Both the position numbers and the translations under genes were made by a program. 41,368 nt of DNA from Escherichia coli (GTDB taxonomy: Bacteria; Pseudomonadota; Gammaproteobacteria; Enterobacterales; Enterobacteriaceae). The notes beneath the pieces were generated by a model that was given only the letters and a program-made list of their open reading frames with translations, ran no database searches and was not told the DNA's origin. Where the stretch lies: NCBI RefSeq assembly GCF_003334255.1, contig NZ_QOWU01000051.1; one strand, given 5' to 3'. Below, piece by piece: positions 23,529 to 36,456 of this stretch. Numbering within the stretch: the stretch's first letter is position 1; each line of letters opens with the position of its first letter.

Positions 23529-26500
23529 TTAACCTATAGTCATTAAGCTGGCGTTACCGCCAGCGGCAGCGGTATTCACACTCAGCGAACGCTCGATATA
23601 CAGCCGTTCCAGAAGGATATTGCTTTCGCCACGGGCAAAACCCTGCACCGAAACAATTGTGCCATCCCGCGCGGCAACTGCTTCACACAATGCGCGAAGC
23701 TGATCCGAATCACCGTGGAAGATCACCGCATCAAACGGTTGAGCGGTTATATTTTCCGCTTTCGCCAGTTGAATACGTTCGCTGACTGCCGATGGCAATG
23801 CCTTCACTAACTGACGATGCAGCGCGTCATCCGGCCACAGTACCTGGCTGCCCACCGCCAGCACGGCGGCGAGCTGAGTCAGCGCATCCTGCTCATCATC
23901 GGCAATACACAACACGCGCTCACGCGGCAGCAGCGTCCAGGTGTTGCGTTCACCCGTCGGCCCCGGCAGCAATCGTTGTGTTCCTGCCTGCGCCAGCTCG
24001 CCATATTGCGTACATAACGCCTGCAATTCTGGACGATTTGCTGCCCATTCCCGCAGTGCATTTAGCGGCTGAGTCAATGCGGCTTTCAACTGCGCATCGA
24101 CCGGATACTTTGCATCCTGACGCGCGAGCGTCACTGCCAGCGCACTTTCCGGGCGATTCGCCAGCAGACGGTAGAGATAGAGCGGACCGCCTGCTTTCGG
24201 CCCGGTACCGGACAACCCTTCGCCGCCGAACGGCTGCACACCAACCACTGCGCCCACCATATTACGGTTAACATACAGGTTACCAACATGGGCCGAGCCA
24301 GTGACCTGGGCGATGGTTTCATCAATGCGCGTATGGACGCCAAGCGTCAGACCATAACCGGAAGCGTTAATCTGCTCGATCAGCTCTGGTAGCTGGTTAC
24401 GGTTGTAACGCACCACATGCAGCACCGGACCAAAGACCTCTTTTTGCAATTCGGCAAAGTCATCCAGTTCGATCAGCGTCGGGGCGACAAAGGTGCCGCT
24501 TTGCCATTCACGGGCATCTTCGCTGTTTTCCCGCACCGCCTGGAACACCGGACGGCCTTTGCTACGCATGGTCTGAATATGGCGCTCAATATTGGCTTTC
24601 GCTTCGCTATCAATCACTGGACCGATATCGGTGGTCAGGCGACCCGGATTACCCATCCGGCATTCGGCCATTGCGCCGCGCAGCATTTTCAACGTGTGGT
24701 CGGCAATCTCATCTTGCAGGCACAGCACGCGCAGCGCCGAACAACGCTGACCCGCACTGTCGAACGCCGAGGCCAGTACATCCACGACGACCTGTTCGGT
24801 CAGTGCTGAAGAATCGACAATCATCGCGTTCATGCCGCCGGTTTCAGCGATGAGCGGAATAGGGCGACCCTGAGCGTCCAGGCGGCTGGCGATATTGCGC
24901 TGCAGTAACGTAGCGACTTCGGTTGAACCGGTAAACATCACCCCGCGCACGCGATCATCACCCGTCAGTTGCGCGCCCACGGTTTCACCCCGACCTGGCA
25001 GCAATTGCACCACGCCTGGCGGTACACCCGCTTCCAGCAAAATGGCGATCCCTTGCGCGGCAATCAGCGGCGTTTGTTCTGCCGGTTTTGCCAGCACGCT
25101 GTTACCTGCCGCCAGTGCGGCGGCGATCTGCCCGGTGAAAATAGCCAGCGGGAAGTTCCACGGACTGATACACACCACAGGCCCTAATGGACGGTGGGTT
25201 TCGTTAGCGAAATCATCCCGCACCTGTCCGGCGTAGTAGTGGAGAAAATCGACCGCTTCGCGCACTTCGGCAATGGCGTTACTGAAGGTTTTTCCGGCCT
25301 CACGCACCAGAATACCAATCAGTTGCTGCATCTGGCTTTCCATCAGCACGGCAGCGCGGTGCAAAATCGCTGCGCGTTCAGCCGGAGGCGTGGCAAACCA
25401 GATTGGCGCGTTATTAACCGCACTTTCCAGCGCCTGTTCTACTTCACGCGGCGTGGCTTCACGCACATAGCCCACAATATCTTTCGGTTCCGCAGGGTTA
25501 ATAACGGGCGACATCTCACCTGCCGCTACCGGTTGTTCCAGCATTGGCAAGGCCTGCCATTTTTGCAGTGCACTATTGAGCAGGGCAGAGGAGAGCGAGG
25601 CCAGGCGGTGTTCGTTAGCGAGATCCAGCCCTGCCGAGTTGTCGCGCCCGTGACCGTAAAGATCGCGCGGCAGGGGAATTTTCGGATGCGGTAATCCAGT
25701 TTGCCCTTCCTGTTGCGCCAGTTTTTCTACAGCAGTGACCGGATCGGCGACCAGTTCATCCAGTGGCAAAGAGGTGTCGGCAATACGGTTAACAAACGAG
25801 GTGTTAGCACCGTTTTCCAGCAGGCGACGCACCAGATACGCCAACAGCGTTTCATGTGTGCCAACCGGAGCATAAATACGACACGGACGGTTAAGTTTGC
25901 CGTCGGCAACTTTCCCGGTGACCTGCTCATACAGTGGCTCGCCCATACCATGCAGGCACTGGAACTCGTACTGACCCGGGTAGTAGTTCTGCCCCGCCAG
26001 TTGATAAATCGCCGCCAGCGTATGGGCGTTGTGCGTCGCGAACTGCGGGTAGATTAGATTCGGCACCGCCAGCAGCTTTTTCGCACAGGCGAGATAAGAA
26101 ACGTCGGTATACACCTTGCGGGTATAAACCGGATAACCTTCAAGGCCGTCCATCTGCGCACGCTTAATTTCACTATCCCAGTACGCGCCTTTCACCAGGC
26201 GAATCATCAGACGGCGACGGCTGCGGGTGGCGAGATCAATCAGGTAATCGATCACCAACGGGCAGCGTTTTTGATAAGCCTGAATAACAAAACCGATGCC
26301 GTTCCAGCCTGCCAGTTCCGGCTCGAAACAGAGTTTTTCCAGCAGATCGAGGGAGATCTCCAGGCGATCGGACTCTTCGGCGTCAATGTTGATACCAATA
26401 TCGTACTGACGCGCCAGCAGGGTGAGTGATTTCAGACGCGGGTAAAGCTCTTCCATTACCCGGTCATACTGGGCGCGGCTATAACGCGGATGCAGCGCCG

Positions 26501-27491
26501 ACAGTTTGATTGAAATGCCCGGCCCTTCATAGATGCCACGACCGTTAGACGCTTTACCGATGGCGTGAATCGCCTGCTGATAGGAAACCATATACGCCTG
26601 TGCATCTGCGGCGGTCAGCGCGGCTTCGCCCAGCATATCGTAAGAGTAACGGAAACCTTTCTCTTCCAGCTTGCGGGCATTGGCTAACGCTTCCGCGATG
26701 GTTTCGCCAGTGACGAACTGCTCACCCATCAGGCGCATCGCCATATCCACACCTTTGCGGATCAGCGGTTCACCGCTTTTACCGATAATGCGGTTCAGCG
26801 AGCGGGAGAGGCTGGCTTCGTTATGGGTGGAAACCAGTTTGCCAGTAAACAGCAGCCCCCAGGTGGCGGCATTAACAAACAGTGACGGGCTACGACCAAT
26901 GTGTGACTGCCAGTTACCGTTGCTGATTTTGTCGCGAATTAACGCGTCGCGGGTGGCTTTGTCGGGAATACGCAACAACGCTTCCGCCAGACACATCAGC
27001 GCCACGCCTTCCTGCGATGACAGCGAAAACTCCTGCAATAACCCCTGGACCATACCTGCGCGACCACTGGCATTTTTTTGATTACGCAGTTTATCGGCCA
27101 GCTGATACGCCAGTTTGTGCGCCTGTTCAGCAACTGGCTGCGGCAGGCGGGCTTGTTCCAGCAGCATAGAAACCGCTTCGGTTTCCGGGCGGCGATAGGC
27201 CGCGGTGATCGCGGCGCGGGAAACCGACTGGGGCAATATTTGCTCGGCAAAGTCGAGGAATGGCTGGTGTGGTTCCTCTGCCGGAGTCGGTGCTTCATCG
27301 CTCTCATTGGCCGCGCCAGAAAGCAGCGCAGGTAGCTCCGGCAGAGTATCGCTGTTTTCCAGTTGTTCGAGATAAGAAAAAATCGCCTGCTTAATTAACC
27401 AGTGTGGTGTGCGATCGATACGTGTCGCGGCAGACTTAATACGCTCACGCGTCGCGTCGTCCAGCTTAACCCCCATGGTGGTGGTTCCCAT
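23529..27491 (-). CDS. putA: Bifunctional proline dehydrogenase / P5C dehydrogenase and transcriptional repressor PutA
   Basis: Internal Met gives MGTTTMGVKLDDATRERIKSAA... (1320 aa); divergent from putP. Confidence 0.95.
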   Translation of the reverse strand: MGTTTMGVKLDDATRERIKSAATRIDRTPHWLIKQAIFSYLEQLENSDTLPELPALLSGAANESDEAPTPAEEPHQPFLDFAEQILPQSVSRAAITAAYRRPETEAVSMLLEQARLPQPVAEQAHKLAYQLADKLRNQKNASGRAGMVQGLLQEFSLSSQEGVALMCLAEALLRIPDKATRDALIRDKISNGNWQSHIGRSPSLFVNAATWGLLFTGKLVSTHNEASLSRSLNRIIGKSGEPLIRKGVDMAMRLMGEQFVTGETIAEALANARKLEEKGFRYSYDMLGEAALTAADAQAYMVSYQQAIHAIGKASNGRGIYEGPGISIKLSALHPRYSRAQYDRVMEELYPRLKSLTLLARQYDIGINIDAEESDRLEISLDLLEKLCFEPELAGWNGIGFVIQAYQKRCPLVIDYLIDLATRSRRRLMIRLVKGAYWDSEIKRAQMDGLEGYPVYTRKVYTDVSYLACAKKLLAVPNLIYPQFATHNAHTLAAIYQLAGQNYYPGQYEFQCLHGMGEPLYEQVTGKVADGKLNRPCRIYAPVGTHETLLAYLVRRLLENGANTSFVNRIADTSLPLDELVADPVTAVEKLAQQEGQTGLPHPKIPLPRDLYGHGRDNSAGLDLANEHRLASLSSALLNSALQKWQALPMLEQPVAAGEMSPVINPAEPKDIVGYVREATPREVEQALESAVNNAPIWFATPPAERAAILHRAAVLMESQMQQLIGILVREAGKTFSNAIAEVREAVDFLHYYAGQVRDDFANETHRPLGPVVCISPWNFPLAIFTGQIAAALAAGNSVLAKPAEQTPLIAAQGIAILLEAGVPPGVVQLLPGRGETVGAQLTGDDRVRGVMFTGSTEVATLLQRNIASRLDAQGRPIPLIAETGGMNAMIVDSSALTEQVVVDVLASAFDSAGQRCSALRVLCLQDEIADHTLKMLRGAMAECRMGNPGRLTTDIGPVIDSEAKANIERHIQTMRSKGRPVFQAVRENSEDAREWQSGTFVAPTLIELDDFAELQKEVFGPVLHVVRYNRNQLPELIEQINASGYGLTLGVHTRIDETIAQVTGSAHVGNLYVNRNMVGAVVGVQPFGGEGLSGTGPKAGGPLYLYRLLANRPESALAVTLARQDAKYPVDAQLKAALTQPLNALREWAANRPELQALCTQYGELAQAGTQRLLPGPTGERNTWTLLPRERVLCIADDEQDALTQLAAVLAVGSQVLWPDDALHRQLVKALPSAVSERIQLAKAENITAQPFDAVIFHGDSDQLRALCEAVAARDGTIVSVQGFARGESNILLERLYIERSLSVNTAAAGGNASLMTIG

Positions 27492-27516
27492 GCCATTACT
27501 CCTGTTGTTCAGAAAG

Positions 27517-27726
27517 GTGCAACTTAACGTTATCGTGAAATATCCATGATGTTGCAACTTTGTGCAACCATGTTAAATGTGACATGCGTAGCAAGCTTAA
27601 AAATGAATGAAATGTTAATAAAAGAAATCGATATGACAGGGATTAAAAAAATAACTCAGACTTTTTCTCTGCGGCAGTTAACATTTTTGAAAGGTGCAAC
27701 CGCAAAAAATGTGAGAGAGTGCAACC
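27517..27726. promoter_or_regulatory. put control region with five GT(T/G)GCAAC-type PutA operator motifs
   Basis: gtgcaac at 27517, gttgcaac at 27551, gtgcaacc at 27563, ggtgcaacc at 27693, gtgcaacc at 27719, in the AT-rich divergent putA/putP intergenic region. Confidence 0.6.
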
Positions 27727-27913
27727 TGATGAAAAATAGTGTCGCTGAGCACTAAAATTTAATGTAAATGGTGTGTTAAATCGATTGTGAATAACCAGCG
27801 CTTCCGGCAGGATACGGTCGCCCTGGTAAAACATAAACTCTGTTACCCCGTTCCGGTGGCAGATATAACGGCAAGTTTCGACATTGCCGATAATAATTTT
27901 TTGGAGACTTTAG

Positions 27914-29422
<1,509 letters not shown>

Positions 29423-29720
29423 GGGACTTAGCCTGCGGCGGTTTTGTTTGGCTTCAGCAGCGGGTTGCGCTCCCTTAATGTGCCTCGCCATATAAATTGA
29501 ATGGTGCAGGGAGCGCGCAGGGGGCGGCCAATCGCCGCCGCCCCCTGCTGTCCCGGCCTTCGGGGAACGCTTCAGCGATTTTGACGCCACCAACACCCGA
29601 GCTGTTATTATGTTCCGGGCAAAAAGTTAGATTTGATAATCGCGGATGGACGAAATTGCTTGATACACCCGCTTATCAGTTTTACATGGAAGCTCTGATG
29701 CATTGAGTCTGGACAGTTTT

Positions 29721-29757
29721 GTCGGCTGGATACGGCGTTTACGCGGCATCCGGCAAG
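29721..29757. repeat. REP element
   Basis: gtcggctggatacggcgtttacgcggcatccggcaag palindromic unit. Confidence 0.5.
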
Positions 29758-29887
29758 AACACATGGTTCTTTGCAAACAATCCCATCTTTCTACCCTGGA
29801 ATAATCGTTTATATCCCTTGGCATTACCTCTCTTTGTTTACATTCCAACATCATTTTATAAACATTCCGCTTGTGTTTTTCTTTGCC

Positions 29888-29907
29888 GTAATGATAATCG
29901 CTATCAC
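29888..29907. promoter_or_regulatory. Candidate Fur box in the efeU promoter
   Basis: gtaatgataatcgctatcac resembles GATAATGATAATCATTATC; about 60 bp upstream of the efeU start. Confidence 0.45.
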
Positions 29908-29964
29908 TGCGATTTACTTTTCTTTGCATAGATTGACTCAGAAAAACGTTTAAGGGTGGGTGGC

Positions 29965-30795
29965 ATGTTTGTTCCGTTTCTCATTATGTTGCGCGAAGGA
30001 CTTGAAGCCGCGCTGATTGTCAGTTTGATTGCCAGCTATCTTAAGCGTACCCAGCGAGGCCGATGGATTGGTGTGATGTGGATTGGCGTGTTGCTTGCCG
30101 CTGCGTTGTGCCTGGGCTTGGGTATCTTCATTAACGAAACCACCGGCGAATTTCCGCAAAAAGAACAGGAACTGTTTGAAGGTATCGTGGCGGTGATCGC
30201 CGTGGTGATCCTTACCTGGATGGTTTTCTGGATGCGCAAAGTGTCGCGCAACGTCAAAGTGCAACTGGAACAGGCAGTCGATAGCGCATTGCAGCGTGGA
30301 AATCATCATGGCTGGGCGCTGGTGATGATGGTCTTTTTTGCCGTTGCAAGGGAAGGGCTGGAGTCGGTCTTTTTCCTGCTGGCGGCATTTCAACAAGATG
30401 TCGGGATCTGGCCGCCGCTGGGTGCAATGCTCGGTCTTGCTACTGCCGTGGTGCTAGGCTTCCTGCTCTACTGGGGCGGTATTCGCCTCAATCTTGGTGC
30501 ATTTTTTAAATGGACCAGCCTGTTTATTCTCTTCGTCGCCGCAGGGCTGGCAGCTGGTGCCATTCGCGCATTTCATGAAGCCGGATTGTGGAACCACTTT
30601 CAGGAAATCGCCTTCGATATGAGTGCGGTGCTCTCAACTCACTCGCTGTTTGGCACGCTGATGGAAGGGATTTTTGGCTATCAGGAAGCGCCGAGCGTCA
30701 GCGAAGTCGCCGTCTGGTTTATTTATCTCATCCCGGCGCTGGTGGCATTTGCTCTGCCACCACGCGCAGGGGCGACAGCGTCTCGCTCCGCGTAA
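29965..30795 (+). CDS. efeU: Ferrous iron permease EfeU (FTR1 family), intact reading frame
   Basis: 276 aa from MFVPFLIMLREGLEAAL...; two REGLE motifs; one uninterrupted ORF. Confidence 0.9.
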   Translation: MFVPFLIMLREGLEAALIVSLIASYLKRTQRGRWIGVMWIGVLLAAALCLGLGIFINETTGEFPQKEQELFEGIVAVIAVVILTWMVFWMRKVSRNVKVQLEQAVDSALQRGNHHGWALVMMVFFAVAREGLESVFFLLAAFQQDVGIWPPLGAMLGLATAVVLGFLLYWGGIRLNLGAFFKWTSLFILFVAAGLAAGAIRAFHEAGLWNHFQEIAFDMSAVLSTHSLFGTLMEGIFGYQEAPSVSEVAVWFIYLIPALVAFALPPRAGATASRSA

Positions 30796-30852
30796 CAAAT
30801 ACGACGCAAACTCTTGCTTAGTTACAACATACTTTAAAGGGATAGTCTCGTC

Positions 30853-31980
30853 ATGACCATTAACTTCCGCCGTAACGCATTGCAGTTGAGCGTGGCTGCG
30901 CTGTTTTCTTCTGCTTTTATGGCTAACGCCGCTGATGTGCCGCAGGTCAAAGTGACCGTGACGGATAAGCAGTGCGAACCGATGACCATTACGGTTAACG
31001 CCGGGAAAACACAGTTCATTATTCAGAACCACAGCCAGAAGGCGCTGGAGTGGGAGATCCTCAAAGGCGTGATGGTGGTGGAAGAGCGGGAAAATATCGC
31101 CCCTGGCTTTAGCCAGAAAATGACGGCGAATTTACAGCCTGGCGAATACGATATGACCTGCGGTCTGCTGACTAACCCGAAAGGGAAGTTGATCGTCAAA
31201 GGTGAGGCAACGGCGGATGCGGCGCAAAGTGATGCGCTGTTAAGTCTTGGTGGTGCAATTACTGCATATAAAGCGTATGTCATGGCGGAAACCACGCAGC
31301 TGGTGACCGACACCAAAGCCTTTACCGACGCGATTAAAGCAGGCGATATCGAAAAAGCGAAAGCACTGTATGCACCGACGCGCCAGCACTATGAGCGTAT
31401 TGAACCGATTGCTGAACTGTTCTCCGATCTGGATGGCAGCATTGACGCCCGTGAAGATGATTACGAGCAAAAAGCCGCCGACCCAAAATTCACTGGTTTC
31501 CACCGTCTGGAAAAAGCATTGTTTGGCGACAACACCACCAAAGGGATGGATCAGTACGCTGAGCAGCTTTATACCGATGTGGTCGATTTGCAAAAACGCA
31601 TCAGTGAACTGGCTTTCCCACCTTCAAAAGTGGTCGGCGGCGCAGCCGGACTGATTGAGGAAGTGGCAGCCAGCAAAATTAGCGGTGAAGAAGATCGCTA
31701 CAGCCACACCGATCTGTGGGATTTCCAGGCTAACGTTGAAGGCTCGCAGAAAATTGTCGATTTGCTGCGTCCACAACTGCAAAAAGCCAACCCGGAACTG
31801 CTGGCAAAAGTCGATGCCAACTTTAAAAAGGTCGATACCATTCTGGCGAAATACCGTACTAAAGACGGTTTTGAAACCTACGACAAATTGACCGATGCCG
31901 ACCGGAATGCACTGAAAGGACCGATTACTGCGCTGGCGGAAGATCTGGCGCAACTTCGCGGTGTGCTGGGACTGGATTAA
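30853..31980 (+). CDS. efeO: Periplasmic iron uptake protein EfeO
   Basis: 375-aa ORF with a signal peptide ([26 protein letters not shown]). Confidence 0.95.
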   Translation: MTINFRRNALQLSVAALFSSAFMANAADVPQVKVTVTDKQCEPMTITVNAGKTQFIIQNHSQKALEWEILKGVMVVEERENIAPGFSQKMTANLQPGEYDMTCGLLTNPKGKLIVKGEATADAAQSDALLSLGGAITAYKAYVMAETTQLVTDTKAFTDAIKAGDIEKAKALYAPTRQHYERIEPIAELFSDLDGSIDAREDDYEQKAADPKFTGFHRLEKALFGDNTTKGMDQYAEQLYTDVVDLQKRISELAFPPSKVVGGAAGLIEEVAASKISGEEDRYSHTDLWDFQANVEGSQKIVDLLRPQLQKANPELLAKVDANFKKVDTILAKYRTKDGFETYDKLTDADRNALKGPITALAEDLAQLRGVLGLD

Positions 31981-31985
31981 GCGTT

Positions 31986-33257
31986 ATGCAGTATAAAGAT
32001 GAAAACGGCGTGAATGAACCGTCACGCCGACGTTTACTGAAAGTGATAGGTGCACTGGCGCTGGCGGGAAGTTGTCCGGTCGCTCATGCACAAAAAACGC
32101 AAAGTGCGCCGGGTACGCTTTCACCGGATGCTCGCAATGAGAAACAGCCGTTTTATGGTGAGCATCAGGCAGGGATCCTGACGCCACAACAGGCCGCAAT
32201 GATGCTGGTGGCGTTTGATGTGCTTGCCAGCGATAAAGCCGATCTTGAGCGGTTGTTTCGCTTGTTGACTCAGCGTTTTGCTTTTCTGACTCAGGGCGGA
32301 GCAGCACCAGAAACGCCAAATCCGCGCCTGCCACCACTCGATTCCGGCATTCTTGGCGGCTACATTGCGCCCGATAATCTCACCATCACGTTATCGGTGG
32401 GTCACTCATTGTTTGATGAGCGCTTTGGCCTTGCGCCACAGATGCCAAAAAAGCTGCAGAAGATGACGCGTTTCCCCAACGACTCGCTGGATGCGGCGTT
32501 ATGTCATGGTGATGTGTTGCTACAGATTTGCGCCAACACCCAGGACACGGTTATCCATGCGCTGCGCGATATCATCAAACACACGCCGGATTTGCTCAGT
32601 GTGCGCTGGAAGCGGGAAGGGTTTATTTCCGATCACGCGGCGCGTAGTAAAGGCAAAGAGACGCCGATTAATTTGCTGGGTTTCAAAGACGGCACTGCCA
32701 ATCCCGATAGCCAGAATGATAAGTTGATGCAAAAAGTGGTGTGGGTAACGGCAGATCAGCAGGAGCCTGCGTGGGCAATCGGTGGCAGCTATCAGGCAGT
32801 ACGCTTGATTCAGTTTCGAGTGGAATTTTGGGACAGAACGCCGCTGAAAGAACAGCAGACGATTTTTGGCCGTGATAAGCAAACCGGTGCGCCGCTGGGA
32901 ATGCAGCATGAGCATGATGTGCCTGATTACGCCAGCGACCCGGAAGGGAAGGTGATCGCGCTGGACAGCCATATCCGGCTGGCGAATCCCCGCACGGCGG
33001 AGAGTGAGTCCAGCCTGATGCTGCGTCGTGGCTACAGTTATTCACTGGGCGTCACCAACTCCGGGCAACTGGATATGGGGTTGCTGTTTGTCTGCTACCA
33101 ACACGATCTGGAAAAAGGCTTCCTGACAGTACAAAAAAGGCTCAATGGCGAAGCGCTGGAGGAATACGTTAAACCTATCGGCGGCGGTTATTTTTTTGCG
33201 CTGCCGGGGGTGAAGGACGCGAACGATTATTTCGGAAGCGCGTTATTGCGGGTTTAA
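31986..33257 (+). CDS. efeB: Dye-decolorising haem peroxidase EfeB (Tat-exported)
   Basis: 423-aa ORF with a twin-arginine signal ([17 protein letters not shown]). Confidence 0.95.
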   Translation: MQYKDENGVNEPSRRRLLKVIGALALAGSCPVAHAQKTQSAPGTLSPDARNEKQPFYGEHQAGILTPQQAAMMLVAFDVLASDKADLERLFRLLTQRFAFLTQGGAAPETPNPRLPPLDSGILGGYIAPDNLTITLSVGHSLFDERFGLAPQMPKKLQKMTRFPNDSLDAALCHGDVLLQICANTQDTVIHALRDIIKHTPDLLSVRWKREGFISDHAARSKGKETPINLLGFKDGTANPDSQNDKLMQKVVWVTADQQEPAWAIGGSYQAVRLIQFRVEFWDRTPLKEQQTIFGRDKQTGAPLGMQHEHDVPDYASDPEGKVIALDSHIRLANPRTAESESSLMLRRGYSYSLGVTNSGQLDMGLLFVCYQHDLEKGFLTVQKRLNGEALEEYVKPIGGGYFFALPGVKDANDYFGSALLRV

Positions 33258-33266
33258 TGTTTTTAG

Positions 33267-33400
33267 GCGGATAAGGCATTTGTGCGCAGATGCCTGATGC
33301 GACGCTTGCGCGTCTTATCATGCCTACAATCAGTGCGGGTTTGGTAGGCTGGATAAGGCGTTCACGCCGCATCCGGCGATCGTGCACTGATGCCTGATGC
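33267..33400. repeat. REP/BIME cluster
   Basis: ggcggataaggcatttgtgcgcagatgcctgatgcg and ggctggataaggcgttcacgccgcatccggcg palindromic units. Confidence 0.55.
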
Positions 33401-33434
33401 AAATCCTGCTGAAAGCACACAGCTTTTTTCATCA

Positions 33435-33456
33435 CTGTCATCACTCTGTCATCTTT
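33435..33456 (+). promoter_or_regulatory. Pho box (PhoB binding site) upstream of phoH
   Basis: ctgtcatcactctgtcatcttt contains two CTGTCAT direct repeats with 11-bp periodicity. Confidence 0.7.
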
Positions 33457-33601
33457 CCAGTAGAAACTAATGTCACTGAAATGGTGTTTTATAGTTAAAT
33501 ATAAGTAAATATATTGTTGCAATAAATGCGAGATCTGTTGTACTTATTAAGTAGCAGCGGAAGTTCCCGGCAGTGATAGTCAGTCACTATGGAGATCGCG
33601 G

Positions 33602-34666
33602 ATGGTAACGTCCTGTACTGGACATGTTTTAGATAATCAACGCGCCACCACTCGCGGAGTTTTCTCCTCCGGTAGTCATCTCGTCACTTTGCATTTTCAA
33701 CCTCATCCTTTCTTTTCATGTGTTACCGACGCCGTAAACGGTGCGCGTAGCCGTTTTTCGGCATTTTATCCAAAAGCAAACTATGGCTTACAAGGAAGCC
33801 AACCCTCTGATGTTCGTGCGCATAATCGCGCTGCCAACGGCGCGTGTGATGAATACAAACAACTCAAGGTGCTCTCCATGGGAAGACAAAAAGCAGTGAT
33901 CAAAGCTCGTCGCGAGGCAAAACGTGTGCTGAGACGGGATTCGCGCAGCCATAAGCAGCGTGAAGAAGAATCGGTCACCTCGCTTGTGCAGATGGGCGGC
34001 GTAGAAGCCATTGGTATGGCCCGCGACAGTCGCGATACTTCGCCCATCCTCGCGCGAAATGAAGCGCAATTGCACTATCTGAAGGCTATTGAGAGTAAGC
34101 AGCTGATATTCGCCACGGGCGAAGCCGGGTGCGGAAAAACCTGGATCAGCGCAGCAAAAGCGGCAGAGGCCCTGATACATAAGGATGTCGACAGGATTAT
34201 CGTCACCCGTCCAGTTCTGCAAGCCGATGAAGATCTTGGCTTCTTACCTGGAGATATCGCAGAAAAGTTTGCTCCCTATTTTCGCCCGGTCTACGACGTG
34301 CTGGTCCGGCGCTTAGGGGCTTCCTTTATGCAGTACTGCCTGCGACCGGAAATAGGGAAGGTGGAAATTGCGCCGTTCGCCTATATGCGTGGACGTACCT
34401 TTGAAAATGCAGTCGTCATTCTTGACGAGGCGCAGAATGTGACTGCCGCGCAAATGAAAATGTTTTTAACCCGCCTCGGGGAGAACGTGACGGTTATCGT
34501 CAACGGTGATATCACGCAATGCGATTTGCCTCGCGGCGTGTGCTCCGGATTAAGTGACGCGCTGGAACGTTTCGAAGAAGATGAAATGGTTGGGATCGTC
34601 CGGTTCGGTAAAGAGGACTGCGTACGTTCGGCACTTTGCCAACGTACGCTGCATGCCTACAGTTAA
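33602..34666 (+). CDS. phoH: Phosphate-starvation-inducible ATPase PhoH
   Basis: 354-aa ORF with a Walker A motif (GEAGCGKT); Pho box upstream. Confidence 0.9.
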   Translation: MVTSCTGHVLDNQRATTRGVFSSGSHLVTLHFQPHPFFSCVTDAVNGARSRFSAFYPKANYGLQGSQPSDVRAHNRAANGACDEYKQLKVLSMGRQKAVIKARREAKRVLRRDSRSHKQREEESVTSLVQMGGVEAIGMARDSRDTSPILARNEAQLHYLKAIESKQLIFATGEAGCGKTWISAAKAAEALIHKDVDRIIVTRPVLQADEDLGFLPGDIAEKFAPYFRPVYDVLVRRLGASFMQYCLRPEIGKVEIAPFAYMRGRTFENAVVILDEAQNVTAAQMKMFLTRLGENVTVIVNGDITQCDLPRGVCSGLSDALERFEEDEMVGIVRFGKEDCVRSALCQRTLHAYS

Positions 34667-34683
34667 GTGTGTTATCGGTGCAG

Positions 34684-34710
34684 AGCCCGGGCGAACCGGG
34701 CTTTGTTTTG
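34684..34710 (+). terminator. Intrinsic terminator downstream of phoH
   Basis: agcccgg-gcgaa-ccgggct stem-loop followed by ttgtttt. Confidence 0.6.
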
Positions 34711-34715
34711 GGTGT

Positions 34716-35129
34716 TTATGCCCGGACTAGCGCTTTTTCTGAAACAACCATTTTTATTTGCCCCTGGCTGGTGAAGTGTACGCTCATCCTGTGGCTTTTT
34801 TGTAGTTGCTGATAGAGCTCATCAGGTATTGCTAAGCTCTCTGCATATTCTTGCGGCGTATATTGGTAGGCTGCATGATGCTGCTGTTTTTGAAAACGCA
34901 GCTTATTGTACAGCGCCCAGACAATTAACACGACGGCATTCGCCACTGCCAGCAAAAAATAGAACTGAAGTCGGCTTCTGGCCTCGCTTTGCCAGTAATA
35001 ACCCGTCAGCAGATCCATGGCGAATAAGAATATGAACAACGCAAATAATGTCCACAAGATGGTTGTGGCAACATAATCAACCAGTAAACGTACTGGTGAT
35101 TGTCGGGTCGTAATAATTAAATTGTTCAT
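34716..35129 (-). CDS. pgaD: PGA biosynthesis protein PgaD
   Basis: 137-aa membrane ORF immediately downstream of pgaC. Confidence 0.9.
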
Positions 35130-35130
35130 A

Positions 35131-36456
35131 TTAACCTCTCAGAATCCCGCGATCGGGACTTACCCAACGGGCGCGTTGCTTTTTAGGCATCAACATGACT
35201 CGTGTAAATGATACCAATGTCGTTGCCAGGCTCAGCATCCAGAAAATAACCGGGAACCAAATAATCCAGAAAAGCGATGAAGTCAGATTATGCTCATAGC
35301 GATTCTCGATCATCAGGCTGACAATAAATTGCAGTAAACATAACGTACACAATAATATTCCGGCAGTATGTGTCGCAGCGATATGTGTCAATTCAATATT
35401 TAACGGTACACCGGCAAGTTGGACTGCGTAAATAATGAAACCGACCAGGCAGGTGAAGGCCCATATTGTCGTCAGGCAGTATTCAAAAAACAGCGGCCAC
35501 ATTCGAAAGTTTTCTTTGCGCCACAACCTTGTCATATTTTTGAGGAATACTTCTGCACCGCCCTGAGCCCAGCGCAGGCGCTGTTTCCACAGCCCTTTTA
35601 ACGTTTCAGGCATTAATATCCAGCACAGTGCCCGTGGCTCGTAAAAAATCGTCCACTGATTCAACTGCAGCTTCCAGCTAATATCAATATCTTCGGTGAT
35701 CATATCGTCACTCCAGTAACCCACTTCTGCCAGGGCGCTGCGACGAAATGCGGCAATAACACCGGAAACGGTAAATACGTTTCCATAGATACGCTGGGTT
35801 CGCTTGATCAAACCAATAATTGAGGAATACTCGCCAACCTGAATTTTACCCACCAGGGTAGAACGTGTTCGAATACGAGGATTACCGGTTACGGCACCCA
35901 CACGCGGGTTGTACAACATCGGTTCCACAATATATGCCGCCGCATCGCGGTCTAATAACGCATCGCCATCAATGCACACCAGATATTCACTTTTCGCCGC
36001 GGCAGCTCCGGTTTTAAGCGCAATGGCTTTCCCCTGGTTTTGCGCCAGATGAATGACCCGCAAATGGGGAATTTGTGCAGCCATGCGATCCAGGATGGCA
36101 CGGGTTTTATCTGTTGAACCGTCATTTACGGCAATAACTTCAATGTTCTCATAACGCTGTGCTAAAGCGGCGTGTATGGTTTCCTCAACGTTTTTCTCCT
36201 CATTAAAACAGGGAATGATAATGGAGATAGACGGATTATCTTTCAACTGGGGAGCTGGTGCGTTTTCTCCCCACGGCCAGTGGCGTTCACGATAGACCCA
36301 GAAATAGACGCCGCCAACAATCCACATAATGGACATAAAAAACGGCCAGAAGAAAACGAACCTCATCATCAGTTCACCAGAGTGAAAGTACGCTACGCAT
36401 AGGGGTATGCATAACACCAGACATAATATAAAAAACGATACGATGCGATTAATCAT
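35131..36456 (-). CDS. pgaC: Poly-beta-1,6-N-acetylglucosamine synthase PgaC (GT2 family)
   Basis: 441-aa ORF with GT2 features (DGSTD, QRLRW-type motif). Confidence 0.95.

Noticed and set aside
23792-27335. Numerous ORFs inside and antisense to putA
   Set aside because: All are within the 1320-aa putA CDS; a GC-rich gene generates long spurious open frames.
29627-29953. ORFs 29627..29929 (-), 29719..29931 (+) and 29771..29953 (+) in the putP-efeU intergenic region
   Set aside because: They overlap the REP element and the efeU promoter/Fur box region, have no convincing RBS, and have odd composition; more likely non-coding regulatory DNA.
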